A stretch of DNA of 64,000 nucleotides, from the NCBI GenBank assembly GCA_009885745.1, contig VFKC01000025.1:88415-152414 (forward strand), read 5' to 3'. Under the pieces are notes generated by a model. It was not told the origin of the DNA. It did not search any database and worked only from the letters and a program-made list of their open reading frames with translations. Both the position numbers and the translations under genes were made by a program. Positions 28,719-37,818 of this stretch are shown here, piece after piece (position 1 is the stretch's first letter; the number at the start of each line of letters is the position of its first letter). Source of the DNA: Actinomycetota bacterium (lineage in GTDB: Bacteria; Actinomycetota; Actinomycetes; S36-B12; UBA5976).

Positions 28719-30355
28719 TTCAATCGATTAGCTCGGTACCAAATTATTGCTTGCGCTGTTGCGGAATCGAATGCGCTCAAGTCTGCATCATTTGTTAAAA
28801 ATGGCGTGATATTCGTCGCGAGTTCTTTCCCGAGCTCCACACCCCATTGATCAAATGAGTTGATTCCCCAAACGATTCCTTGAACAAAAGTTAGATGTTC
28901 ATACATGGACACAAGCGAACCCAAAATAAATGGAGTTATTTGATCGACGCTGATTAGAGTCGTTGGACGATTACCTGGCATTTCCTTGTGAGCAACTAAA
29001 TGTTCAGGCACGTTTGCGGCGCGAACTTGATCTTGAGTTCGACCGAATGCCAAGACAGTTGCCTGAGCGAGCGCGTTCGAGACTAAGACATCATGATGTT
29101 CGCCAATTGGGTTCAATGACTTAGCCGTCATCAGCACATCGCAAGCCACAGTTGCCGTGCCTTGGTGTAAAAGTTGATAGAACGAATGTTGACCGTTTGT
29201 GCCGGGTTCGCCCCAATAAATTGCACCCGTCTCGGTGTTTACATCCTTGCCCGTGCGGGTGACTGACTTGCCATTACTTTCCATAATCAATTGCTGCAAA
29301 TATGCCGGGAAACGCGTGAGGTACTGGTCGTATGGCAATACCGCGACAGTCGCAATGTCTAATAGCGAGCGGTTCCACAATCCAATTAATCCCATTAGTG
29401 CAGGTAAGTTGCTTTCAAGTGGCGCTGATTTGAAGTGCTCGTCCATGGCGTGGAATCCGCTCAGCAATTCGCGATAATTCGCCGGCCCCAACGCAATCAT
29501 CGTCGACAGCCCAATACTTGAATCCATTGAATAGCGTCCGCCTACCCAATCCCAGAACCCAAACATGTTGTTTACATCGATGCCGAAATCTGATACTCGG
29601 CTTGCACTTGTAGAAACAGCCACAAAATGTCTAGCAACAGCGGACTCATCTGCATCAGGTACCAGTGCAAGCAATGCCGCACGAGCAGTCGTTGCATTCA
29701 TCATTGTTTCAATGGTGCTAAACGTCTTACTTGCCACAATGAAAAGCGTGGTCAGCGGATTCACTTTTGCTAGTACTTCAGCGACATCCGTTCCATCAAC
29801 ATTGCTCACGAAATGAAATGCCAAATCTCGAGAACTGAAATGGCGCAAGGCTTCGTAAGCCATCACAGGACCTAAGTCAGAGCCACCTATGCCAATGTTG
29901 ACCACATCAGTTATGCGCGCTCCAGTGAATCCCAGCCACCTGCCTTCTCGGACATCGTTGGCAAGAATCTCCATGCGTTCTAGGACTTCATGGATAGGCG
30001 CAACAACGTCCACTCCATCAACAATCAAACTTGAACCCTTTGGGAGACGCAGGGCTGTATGCAAAACTGCACGATCTTCGGTGTTGTTGATGTGTTCTCC
30101 CTTAAACATTGCATCGCGAGCGGATAAGACTTCACGCTCGCGAGCTAGCTCGCATAAGGAATCTATGACCTCTTGAGTGACTCTTTGTCGACTGAAATCA
30201 ACCGCAACGCCATTTGCTGAGAAAGATAGGGACTTAGCTCGATTTGGATCGGCAACAAACAGGTCACGGATGTGCTTCTCGCCTACTTTGATAGCGAGAT
30301 CGCAAAGCGTTCCCCAATTTGTGCTTTCAGTTACAGGATTACCAACAAGTGTCAT
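28715..30355 (-). CDS. pgi: Glucose-6-phosphate isomerase
   Basis: GIGGSDLGP, SKTFSTIETM and GKQLA-like motifs. The start is moved to MTLVGNP (30355), because the 55-codon N-terminal extension in the track overlaps the divergent gene. Confidence 0.9.
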   Translation of the reverse strand: MTLVGNPVTESTNWGTLCDLAIKVGEKHIRDLFVADPNRAKSLSFSANGVAVDFSRQRVTQEVIDSLCELAREREVLSARDAMFKGEHINNTEDRAVLHTALRLPKGSSLIVDGVDVVAPIHEVLERMEILANDVREGRWLGFTGARITDVVNIGIGGSDLGPVMAYEALRHFSSRDLAFHFVSNVDGTDVAEVLAKVNPLTTLFIVASKTFSTIETMMNATTARAALLALVPDADESAVARHFVAVSTSASRVSDFGIDVNNMFGFWDWVGGRYSMDSSIGLSTMIALGPANYRELLSGFHAMDEHFKSAPLESNLPALMGLIGLWNRSLLDIATVAVLPYDQYLTRFPAYLQQLIMESNGKSVTRTGKDVNTETGAIYWGEPGTNGQHSFYQLLHQGTATVACDVLMTAKSLNPIGEHHDVLVSNALAQATVLAFGRTQDQVRAANVPEHLVAHKEMPGNRPTTLISVDQITPFILGSLVSMYEHLTFVQGIVWGINSFDQWGVELGKELATNITPFLTNDADLSAFDSATAQAIIWYRANRLN

Positions 30356-30424
30356 AGGGTCTGCAATACCTTTCAGGTCAGGCGATATGCTTAATCGTAA
30401 TGGACGACCAGTTTTGGAGAAACA

Positions 30425-31471
30425 ATGAGCAACGTAGATAGCATCACACACATAGGCATGATTGGTCTTGGCCGCATGGGAGCGAATCTTGCTCGACGAA
30501 TTTCGCTTGCTGGGATTCACGTTGTGGTCTTTGATGTGGACAATGACGTTGCGAACAACTTGGCCGCAGAAAATCCAGAACTACTCACAGCAGCCGATTC
30601 AATTGCAGATTTTGCGAAATTACTTCCTGGGCCAAGGGCAATTTGGGTTATGGTCCCTGCCGGTGGCATAACGGATTCAGTGGTTAGTGAACTAATCGAG
30701 ACTTTGGCTGCTGATGACATCATTATCGATGGCGGGAACTCGTATTACCGTGATGATCTGGTACACAGTGCTGCTGCCCGTGAGAAGGGGGTCCATTTCC
30801 TTGATGTTGGCACTAGCGGTGGAGTTTGGGGATTAGAGCGCGGCTACTGCCTAATGATTGGTGGCGATACGAACGCAGTCAAACTACTTACTCCAGTTTG
30901 GGATGCGGTCTCCCCTGGGCTTGAAACCGCTCCTCGCTCACCCGGGCGAACTGGTGAAATTACAAATGAAGAAAAGGGATGGCTGCACTGTGGGCCATCT
31001 GGCGCTGGTCACTTTGTAAAGATGGTTCATAACGGCATTGAGTATGGGCTGATGGCAGCGTATGCAGAAGGTTTGAACATTCTAAAATCTGCTGATGAGG
31101 GTCTTAAGCCGCGCACAGCTGATGCCGAAACTGCCCCTTTAGCAAATCCTGAGCACTATCAGTATCAATTTGATATTGCAGCTATCACTGAACTTTGGCG
31201 TCGGGGAAGTGTTGTCGCTTCTTGGCTACTTGATTTAACCGCAATCTCGTTGCATGAATCTCCAGAACTTGAAGAGTTCTCTGGTCGAGTTTCGGATTCA
31301 GGCGAAGGTCGATGGACTGCTATTGCTGCGATAGAAGAGGGCGTACCGGCGCCTGTCCTAACCGCCGCTGTATTTTCCAGATTTGAATCACGAGATAAAT
31401 CCATTTTCGCAAACAAAGTTCTCTCTGCCATGCGTAAGCAATTCGGTGGACATCATGAGAAGAAGGACTAG
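30425..31471 (+). CDS. gnd: 6-phosphogluconate dehydrogenase (decarboxylating), short Gnd-like form
   Basis: IGMIGLGRMGANLARR Rossmann motif, GAGHFVKMVHNGIEYG. Length is 348 aa. Confidence 0.85.
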   Translation: MSNVDSITHIGMIGLGRMGANLARRISLAGIHVVVFDVDNDVANNLAAENPELLTAADSIADFAKLLPGPRAIWVMVPAGGITDSVVSELIETLAADDIIIDGGNSYYRDDLVHSAAAREKGVHFLDVGTSGGVWGLERGYCLMIGGDTNAVKLLTPVWDAVSPGLETAPRSPGRTGEITNEEKGWLHCGPSGAGHFVKMVHNGIEYGLMAAYAEGLNILKSADEGLKPRTADAETAPLANPEHYQYQFDIAAITELWRRGSVVASWLLDLTAISLHESPELEEFSGRVSDSGEGRWTAIAAIEEGVPAPVLTAAVFSRFESRDKSIFANKVLSAMRKQFGGHHEKKD

Positions 31472-31522
31472 AGACTTCCTAGCAATCTGGCTTTAGTGAG
31501 ATTGCGACCTTAGACTATTGAT

Positions 31523-32740
31523 ATGCAGGCGTGGCAAAGTGTTGAAGTTCCAAACATCGCCACGCCATCTCCTGCGCCGAGGGTCTTTGATTCTGTTTCC
31601 CAGGGTTTGACTACATTGCCCACTGGGCGCGCAGTAACAATTTATGTCTGCGGAATCACCCCTTATGACGCTACACACATCGGGCATGCAGCGACCTATG
31701 TTGCCTTCGATACCCTGATTCGTGTCTGGCGCAATAGTGGTGCCGAGGTTCGCTACGCGCAGAATGTGACTGACGTTGATGATCCGCTGATAGAGCGCGC
31801 ACATGCCACGGGTCGCGATTGGCGAGAAATTGCAATTGAACAAACCGAGCTTTTTCGTGGAGATATGCAAGCACTAAGGGTTATCCCACCCGATCACTTC
31901 ATCGGCGCAGTCGAGTCCATTCCTCTAGTAGTCAAGAGAGTCCACGAAATTTTGGAAGCTGGGGCTTGTTACCAGTTGGGCGAAGATTTGTACTTTGATA
32001 ATGCATATTCTCGAACAAGCGGAACTATCGGCCACCTAAATCGTCACCAGATGGTTGAAATTTTCGCTGAACGAGGCGGAGATCCGCAACGTATCGGCAA
32101 AAAGAGTCCACTTGATGCACTACTTTGGCGAGCAAAACGTCCAAATGACCCGTCTTGGCCCTCTGCCTTTGGGCCTGGGCGGCCAGGTTGGCACATTGAG
32201 TGCGCTGCCATTGCACTGGAATATCTTGGCGAAACTATTGACATTCAAGGCGGTGGCAGCGACTTGAAGTTTCCACACCATGAAATGAGTGCCGCACATG
32301 CCGAATCTGCAACTGGCAACTATCCATTTGCGAGCACGTTCTTGCACACAGGCATGGTTGCCCTTAACGGTCAAAAAATGAGTAAATCTCTAGGAAACTT
32401 AATCCTGGTTTCCAAACTTCTCGCACAGGGCACTGATCCGATGGCCATTCGTCTGGCTATTCTTGCGCATCATTACCGCAGCGATTGGGAATGGTTTGAT
32501 CAAGATCTAGTTGATGCCCAAACTCGGTTGAAATTGTGGCGTGATGCGTTCGCATGTCCGTCTGCTGCGCCATCTGCAAGCGACGCTGTTGTGGCTGCAT
32601 TAAGTGACGATATCGACACCCCACATGCATTGCAGTTGGTTGATAATTGGGCACGTGAGACTCTAAGTGGTCAGGGTGATGATGCTCGCTCGTCTAGGTA
32701 CATGAGTGTCCTAGTGGACTCACTTTTGGGGATTGCGTGA
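31523..32740 (+). CDS. mshC: Cysteine:1D-myo-inosityl 2-amino-2-deoxy-alpha-D-glucopyranoside ligase (mycothiol ligase MshC)
   Basis: MQAW N-terminus, class I motifs THIGHA and KMSKSLGN. At 405 aa it is shorter than CysRS and lacks an anticodon domain. Confidence 0.85.
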   Translation: MQAWQSVEVPNIATPSPAPRVFDSVSQGLTTLPTGRAVTIYVCGITPYDATHIGHAATYVAFDTLIRVWRNSGAEVRYAQNVTDVDDPLIERAHATGRDWREIAIEQTELFRGDMQALRVIPPDHFIGAVESIPLVVKRVHEILEAGACYQLGEDLYFDNAYSRTSGTIGHLNRHQMVEIFAERGGDPQRIGKKSPLDALLWRAKRPNDPSWPSAFGPGRPGWHIECAAIALEYLGETIDIQGGGSDLKFPHHEMSAAHAESATGNYPFASTFLHTGMVALNGQKMSKSLGNLILVSKLLAQGTDPMAIRLAILAHHYRSDWEWFDQDLVDAQTRLKLWRDAFACPSAAPSASDAVVAALSDDIDTPHALQLVDNWARETLSGQGDDARSSRYMSVLVDSLLGIA

Positions 32741-33477
32741 ACGAATTGACGACCGATTTGGAAATTGTCGGTCGATTAGAACACGCATCGAATGGTACCT
32801 ACTTGGCCCGCTCAGGTGCTGAACTTTATGTTTATAAACCAGTTACCGGAGAGCAAGAACTTTGGGATTTTCCAACAGGGACATTAGCAAATCGCGAACG
32901 CGCCGCATACGTGCTTGATCAACTTTTAGGTTGGGATCTTATTCCGGAAACGAAACTTGTTACGGGTCCACTTGGGTTTGGTAGTTTACAGAATTGGGTT
33001 GAGGCAGAAACAGGGCTTATAGATATCTTTTCATTAGAAAACATTCCAGATGACTGGTTTACAATTCTGAGCGGATTGGATGAACAAGGTAAGCAAGTCA
33101 CTCTTGCGCATTCACCGTCTTCCAGATTGGCTCAGTTGGCGGTATTAGATGTCATCATGAATAATGCAGATCGCAAAGCTGGGCACATTTTAGTTGATGA
33201 GCAGGGTGAAGTTTTTGGAATTGATCATGGCCTCACTTTCAGTGAAGAGTTCAAGCTGCGAACAGTGTTGTGGGGCTGGATCGGGTCACCTATTGAGGAT
33301 TCGTTAATCCACAATTTGAATCGAATCATTCCGCTGATAGCCAACAGTGAACTCGTAGAACTTCTCGATGCAGCGGAAATTGATGCTTTGCTAGAACGAG
33401 CCAGAAGTTTGGTATCCAGCAAAATATTTCCAGAACCAAGTACACAATGGTCAGCTGTCCCTTGGCCTATCTTCTAA
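32737..33477 (+). CDS. SCO1664-family PI3/4-kinase-like protein
   Basis: Kinase-like catalytic segments MNNADRKAGHIL and GIDHGLTF. The GTG start overlaps the mshC stop (GTGA). Confidence 0.7.
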   Translation: MNELTTDLEIVGRLEHASNGTYLARSGAELYVYKPVTGEQELWDFPTGTLANRERAAYVLDQLLGWDLIPETKLVTGPLGFGSLQNWVEAETGLIDIFSLENIPDDWFTILSGLDEQGKQVTLAHSPSSRLAQLAVLDVIMNNADRKAGHILVDEQGEVFGIDHGLTFSEEFKLRTVLWGWIGSPIEDSLIHNLNRIIPLIANSELVELLDAAEIDALLERARSLVSSKIFPEPSTQWSAVPWPIF

Positions 33478-34028
33478 CCACGACGTCGGTATCCATTTGC
33501 TCGAACACAGATGTGACCACGAGGATCTAGTGGCTCTTCACATAGCGGACAAGGTGGGCGGCCCGCACCTATCACTGCAAATGCCCGACTTACGAATGCT
33601 CGAGCGTAAGCACCAAGAATGCGCACCCGCACCACATCAGGGCCTACATCACTATCTTGCTCAAGGTCTGGTACTTCAGTCATTGATTCGGTTGATGCAT
33701 GCGCTTCGATCACTACTTGCTTGGAAGCGCTGTTCCAACCCAGAGACAAAGTACCCACACGAAACTCTTCTGCAATTGGGTTGTCCATTGGTTCAAGGTC
33801 TGCAGGCCCTAAGAAATTTGTATTGATTCCTTCGGTTGCAGTCACTTGATCTAAAAGTTCATCAATTCGTTCAGCGAGCAGCGACACTTGCTCCTTTTCA
33901 AGGGCAACACTGATAATTCGTGATCCGTGTCTAACTTGAATGAAAAAAGTACGGTCTCCGGGTAACCCAACCGTGCCAACGACAAAACGTTCAGGATTAT
34001 CGAAGAAGTGAACTATTCTGCTCATCAC
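33474..34028 (-). CDS. DUF3090-family protein with a C-terminal Cys/His knuckle
   Basis: ERFVVGTVGLPGDRTFFIQV...CPLCEEPLDPRGHICVRANGYRR. It is the conserved partner of the neighbouring phosphatase. Confidence 0.7.
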   Translation of the reverse strand: MMSRIVHFFDNPERFVVGTVGLPGDRTFFIQVRHGSRIISVALEKEQVSLLAERIDELLDQVTATEGINTNFLGPADLEPMDNPIAEEFRVGTLSLGWNSASKQVVIEAHASTESMTEVPDLEQDSDVGPDVVRVRILGAYARAFVSRAFAVIGAGRPPCPLCEEPLDPRGHICVRANGYRRRG

Positions 34029-34705
34029 TCTTGTTCCTTACCGCTTTGCCCGCCGAGTGTCGGTGCTACCGATTTTTCGCCTAGTTTACTTATCCATGAT
34101 TCGCCAGTGTCATTTAGTTTTGAAACCGAAACTCCACTTTCACCATAATGAATCACGCTAACCGAAGCAGGGTCTACTAAAAGACGCTGAAAATTTCGCA
34201 GCGAAATACCAAGCGCATCTGCACAAATAGCCTTAATAATATCTCCGTGACTAACTGCAGCCCAGATGACTGAGTCACCATGTTCTTGCGACAATCGCAT
34301 ATCCCAGTCACGTATTGTCTTAATTGCGCGATCAGACATAGCCTGCATGGACTCCCCTTGCGGGAAAACCATTTCATCAGGGCGATCTTGGACGATTTTC
34401 CACTCTGGCTCAAGTGACAATTCTGCAAGCGAGCGACCTTGCCAAGTTCCGTAGTCACACTCGAGCAGACCGGCTTCTTTCGTCATTTGCACCCCGTTTG
34501 CAAAGACGAGTTCTCCTGTTTGTACGGTCCGTTCAAGTGGGCTCACTACAACATGTGCAACATCAAGCACTTTTACTCGCTGCCCAAGCGCAGTCGCAGA
34601 ATCAATACCAACTTGGTCAAGTTCTACCCCAACCGAACGACCAGCAAGTATGCCTTGCACATTAGCTGGAGTACGACCATGACGAATTAAGAGCAAAGTT
34701 CCCAC
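34025..34705 (-). CDS. Histidine phosphatase family protein (MSMEG_4193-type phosphomutase-like)
   Basis: LLLIRHGRTPAN (RHG catalytic motif) and a downstream SHG. It has a 4-nt overlap with the DUF3090 gene. Confidence 0.8.
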   Translation of the reverse strand: MGTLLLIRHGRTPANVQGILAGRSVGVELDQVGIDSATALGQRVKVLDVAHVVVSPLERTVQTGELVFANGVQMTKEAGLLECDYGTWQGRSLAELSLEPEWKIVQDRPDEMVFPQGESMQAMSDRAIKTIRDWDMRLSQEHGDSVIWAAVSHGDIIKAICADALGISLRNFQRLLVDPASVSVIHYGESGVSVSKLNDTGESWISKLGEKSVAPTLGGQSGKEQE

Positions 34706-34717
34706 TTTCTAAGACTA

Positions 34718-35743
34718 ATGCGTGAAAGGGTAAAGAACATGATTACTGGATATGGGCTTTATCAAAGTGGAACTCTTCATGAGAAGCCAATAAATCTTTC
34801 TCAATCTATGAGTGAAAAACTTGTTCGCGATTGGAAATTGGCGGCCGCACCTGATGATGATGCATTTATGTGGATTGGATTTGTTGAACCAACTGAACCT
34901 GAACTCTCAGCAGTCCAAGACGCTTTGCAGTTACCTGATCATTTAGTAGAAGATGCAATAAACCCCAAGGTGAGACCTAGTTTTGGTTGGCATGGCGAGA
35001 CCAGTGGTTTCATCGTGGTGAAAACCTTGGAGTATGTGGACGCCACAAGTGATGTTCTGACCGGTCAGTTAGCAATATTTTTTGATCACTCGCATGTAGT
35101 CACTGTCCGACATGGCGATGTTGGCGGTCTAGCAACGGTTAGGCAAATGATTGACTCAACACCTTCAACCACAAAACTTGGACCTCTCGCTGTGATACAT
35201 GCCATCTTGAAACAGGTAACAGATGGGTACGTTGAAGTTTCCGAGGGTGTTGCTCAGGATATTCGCGAGATTGAAGAGGCTGTATTTGCCCCTAAGCGTG
35301 CTGATTACGCAGAGTCGATTTACTTGCTTAAGCGAGAGAACCTTGAGATACGTCGCGCAGTTTATCCACTCACTCAATCAGCACACTTCTTTGTAACCAA
35401 AACCAACCCAGCTATCCCACGAGCATTGCAGGATGATTTTCAAGACTTAGGTGAACACATCCTTCGTGTTCTCGAGCAGGTAGAAAGTCACGACCAACTT
35501 CTTTCGACTGTGCTTTCGGCTTCAATGTCTCGACAAGCACTTCAACAAAATGATGACACGAGAAAAATTTCTGCCTGGGTTGCAATCGCAGCAGTTCCTA
35601 CCATGATGGCTGGAGTCTATGGGATGAACTTCGAACACATGCCTGAACTAACCTGGCGATATGGCTACGTGATAACCCTGGGAATTATGTTTGGCACTTG
35701 TGGCTTGCTATGGCGTGCGTTCAAAAAATCCAAATGGCTCTAG
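34718..35743 (+). CDS. corA: CorA-family magnesium/cobalt transporter
   Basis: YGMNF (GMN motif) followed by two C-terminal TMs. The start could instead be the ATG at 34739. Confidence 0.8.
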   Translation: MRERVKNMITGYGLYQSGTLHEKPINLSQSMSEKLVRDWKLAAAPDDDAFMWIGFVEPTEPELSAVQDALQLPDHLVEDAINPKVRPSFGWHGETSGFIVVKTLEYVDATSDVLTGQLAIFFDHSHVVTVRHGDVGGLATVRQMIDSTPSTTKLGPLAVIHAILKQVTDGYVEVSEGVAQDIREIEEAVFAPKRADYAESIYLLKRENLEIRRAVYPLTQSAHFFVTKTNPAIPRALQDDFQDLGEHILRVLEQVESHDQLLSTVLSASMSRQALQQNDDTRKISAWVAIAAVPTMMAGVYGMNFEHMPELTWRYGYVITLGIMFGTCGLLWRAFKKSKWL

Positions 35744-36597
35744 GTAGCTGGAATCGTATTTGTAGCAAGCAAACCAATCAATAAAAAACCCAGCGCTATC
35801 CGATAGATAACAAATGGGAGAAAAGTATTGGTTGCAAGATATTTCATGAGTTGCGCGATAACCACGTACCCAACGACGAAGGCCACTAGCGTGGCAACAA
35901 TAGTCGCTGGCCAGTTGACAAATTCATCTTGAGAAATGTTGGGCATTTGAAATATTGCGCTGGCGAAAACTGCTGGAATAGCAAGTAGGAACGCATAACG
36001 TGCCGCCACTTCACGCTTGTAACCCATGAACAAGCCAGCAGAAATAGTTGCGCCTGAACGAGATACACCTGGAATTAAAGCCAGTGCTTGTCCTAAGCCA
36101 AAAACTGTTGACTCTCCGAAATTAAGATCTTCTTCAGTCTTGACATGCTTAGCCTTGACATCGGCTACCCAGAGCAGAACACCAACGATAATGAGCGTTG
36201 CAGAAACAATCCAGAGATTTCGCAGCGATCCTTCGATGGCGTCCTTGAACAACACCCCGAAAAATCCAATCGGCAGGGTGCCGAAAATTACATACCAGCC
36301 CATTTTTGCATGCGGGTGACTACGTAACTCCTTGTTAGTCAGACTCTGAAACCACTTTGAGACAATGTCGACAATATCTTTGCGAAAGTAAATAACAACC
36401 GCCGTTTCAGTTCCAATCTGCGTTATCGCCGTGAACGCCGCCCCAGCATCTTTCCAGCCGACTAGGTGGTTGATGATCATTTCATGCGCAGATGAAGAAA
36501 TGGGCAAAAATTCAGTTAACCCCTGAGAGATTCCGAGAACTATCGCCTGTAGCCAAGACATATGATCTGACATTTTTCTCCAATTTATTTCCAACAC
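35740..36597 (-). CDS. uppP: Undecaprenyl-diphosphate phosphatase
   Basis: GLTEFLPISSSAHE, PGVSRSGATI, 8-TM BacA pattern. Confidence 0.9.
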   Translation of the reverse strand: MLEINWRKMSDHMSWLQAIVLGISQGLTEFLPISSSAHEMIINHLVGWKDAGAAFTAITQIGTETAVVIYFRKDIVDIVSKWFQSLTNKELRSHPHAKMGWYVIFGTLPIGFFGVLFKDAIEGSLRNLWIVSATLIIVGVLLWVADVKAKHVKTEEDLNFGESTVFGLGQALALIPGVSRSGATISAGLFMGYKREVAARYAFLLAIPAVFASAIFQMPNISQDEFVNWPATIVATLVAFVVGYVVIAQLMKYLATNTFLPFVIYRIALGFLLIGLLATNTIPAT

Positions 36598-36646
36598 GAG
36601 TTGAATTTCGCGCGTATGCGTCTTGAGTAAACGCTAGCGTGAACCT

Positions 36647-37615
36647 ATGGAATTGCGCGCACTGGGACAAAGTGGCTTGCAGGTGTCAAAGCTGGCACTT
36701 GGCACAATGTCCTGGGGGCGTGACACGGACATCTATGAAGCACGCGACTTATTCAACATTTTCTACGAAGCCGGCGGACGCCTAATTGATACAGCTGATG
36801 TTTACAGCGAAGGTGTCTCCGAAGAGATTGTCGGGGAATTCATTCGCGAGCACCCTGATGTGTTGGTTGCAACTAAGGCAGTCAGTGTCAGGGCTACGCG
36901 TTCTAGAAATGCCAGTCGATCAAATCTGCTGCAAAGTTTAGATACTTCACTCAAGCGGCTCAATCGCAATCACATTGACATCTGGCATATGCACGCTTGG
37001 GATTCACAAACGCCGATCCAAGAGACACTTCACGCCTTAGAAACCGCTGTTTCTTCGGGACGGGTGCGCTACGTCGGGGTGTCTAACTATGCCGGATGGC
37101 AACTTGCCCAGGCAGCAGGTATCCAGCAACTAACTAGATCTGTGGCCCCATTAATAAGTGCACAGATGGAATATTCACTCCTCGAACGCGGGATTGAACG
37201 CGAAGTTTTACCTGCTGCGAACACTTTTGGCATTGGCATAATGGCATGGTCACCCCTTGGGCGCGGGGTATTGACTGGCAAATACCGCAATAACACTCCA
37301 GCCGATTCACGTGCTGCTTCCAAGCACTTCGCTGGTTTTGTTGCACCGTATTTAACCGAGAGACCTGGGACTATTGTCGACGCAGTTTGTATGGCTGCCC
37401 AGGCTCTTGGCCACACCCCGTTGGATGTCGCACTGGCGTGGGTTCTCGACCGTCCACAAGTTGCTTGTGCCGTTATCGGTGCACGAACCGCGACACAATT
37501 GAGAGCCATCATCAACGGTTTGGATGCTCAGATACCGCCTGAGATTTTCGCTGCGCTTGATGATGTTTCTAAGCCTGCACTTGGTTATCCAGAATTTGGC
37601 TGGAATCAAACATGA
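36647..37615 (+). CDS. Aldo/keto reductase
   Basis: LGTMSWG...IDTADVY...YVGVSNY is the AKR signature. Confidence 0.85.
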   Translation: MELRALGQSGLQVSKLALGTMSWGRDTDIYEARDLFNIFYEAGGRLIDTADVYSEGVSEEIVGEFIREHPDVLVATKAVSVRATRSRNASRSNLLQSLDTSLKRLNRNHIDIWHMHAWDSQTPIQETLHALETAVSSGRVRYVGVSNYAGWQLAQAAGIQQLTRSVAPLISAQMEYSLLERGIEREVLPAANTFGIGIMAWSPLGRGVLTGKYRNNTPADSRAASKHFAGFVAPYLTERPGTIVDAVCMAAQALGHTPLDVALAWVLDRPQVACAVIGARTATQLRAIINGLDAQIPPEIFAALDDVSKPALGYPEFGWNQT

Positions 37616-37800
37616 GCGCCGTCTGGGAATTCACGGAGTTGTCTTTTGGCCGTGATTCGAAAAGATCAGAAGTTAAAACTTATTTAACCATCATGGCTGA
37701 AATAGATCGTTGGGAACTAGACAGAGTCCGGATAACTCCCGATGGTCGAAAGTTTGTGCGCTTGCGTCGAAAAATTTATCATCTTAAAAGAACAGCCTGA
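37612..37800 (+). CDS. Small conserved actinobacterial protein (DUF5703-like)
   Basis: 62 aa, WEF..L.F....R.....L...AE...WELDRVR..PDGR..V.LRRKI, translationally coupled (ATGA) to the AKR gene. The family name is from memory. Confidence 0.5.
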   Translation: MSAVWEFTELSFGRDSKRSEVKTYLTIMAEIDRWELDRVRITPDGRKFVRLRRKIYHLKRTA

Positions 37801-37818
37801 TTTACTGCAAACACAGTC

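Noticed and set aside
30356-30520. N-terminal extensions of pgi (to 30520) and ung (42702-42833) in the ORF track
   Set aside because: The extensions overlap the divergently transcribed neighbours, are basic/Cys-rich and unlike the families' N-termini. Internal ATGs give canonical protein lengths.
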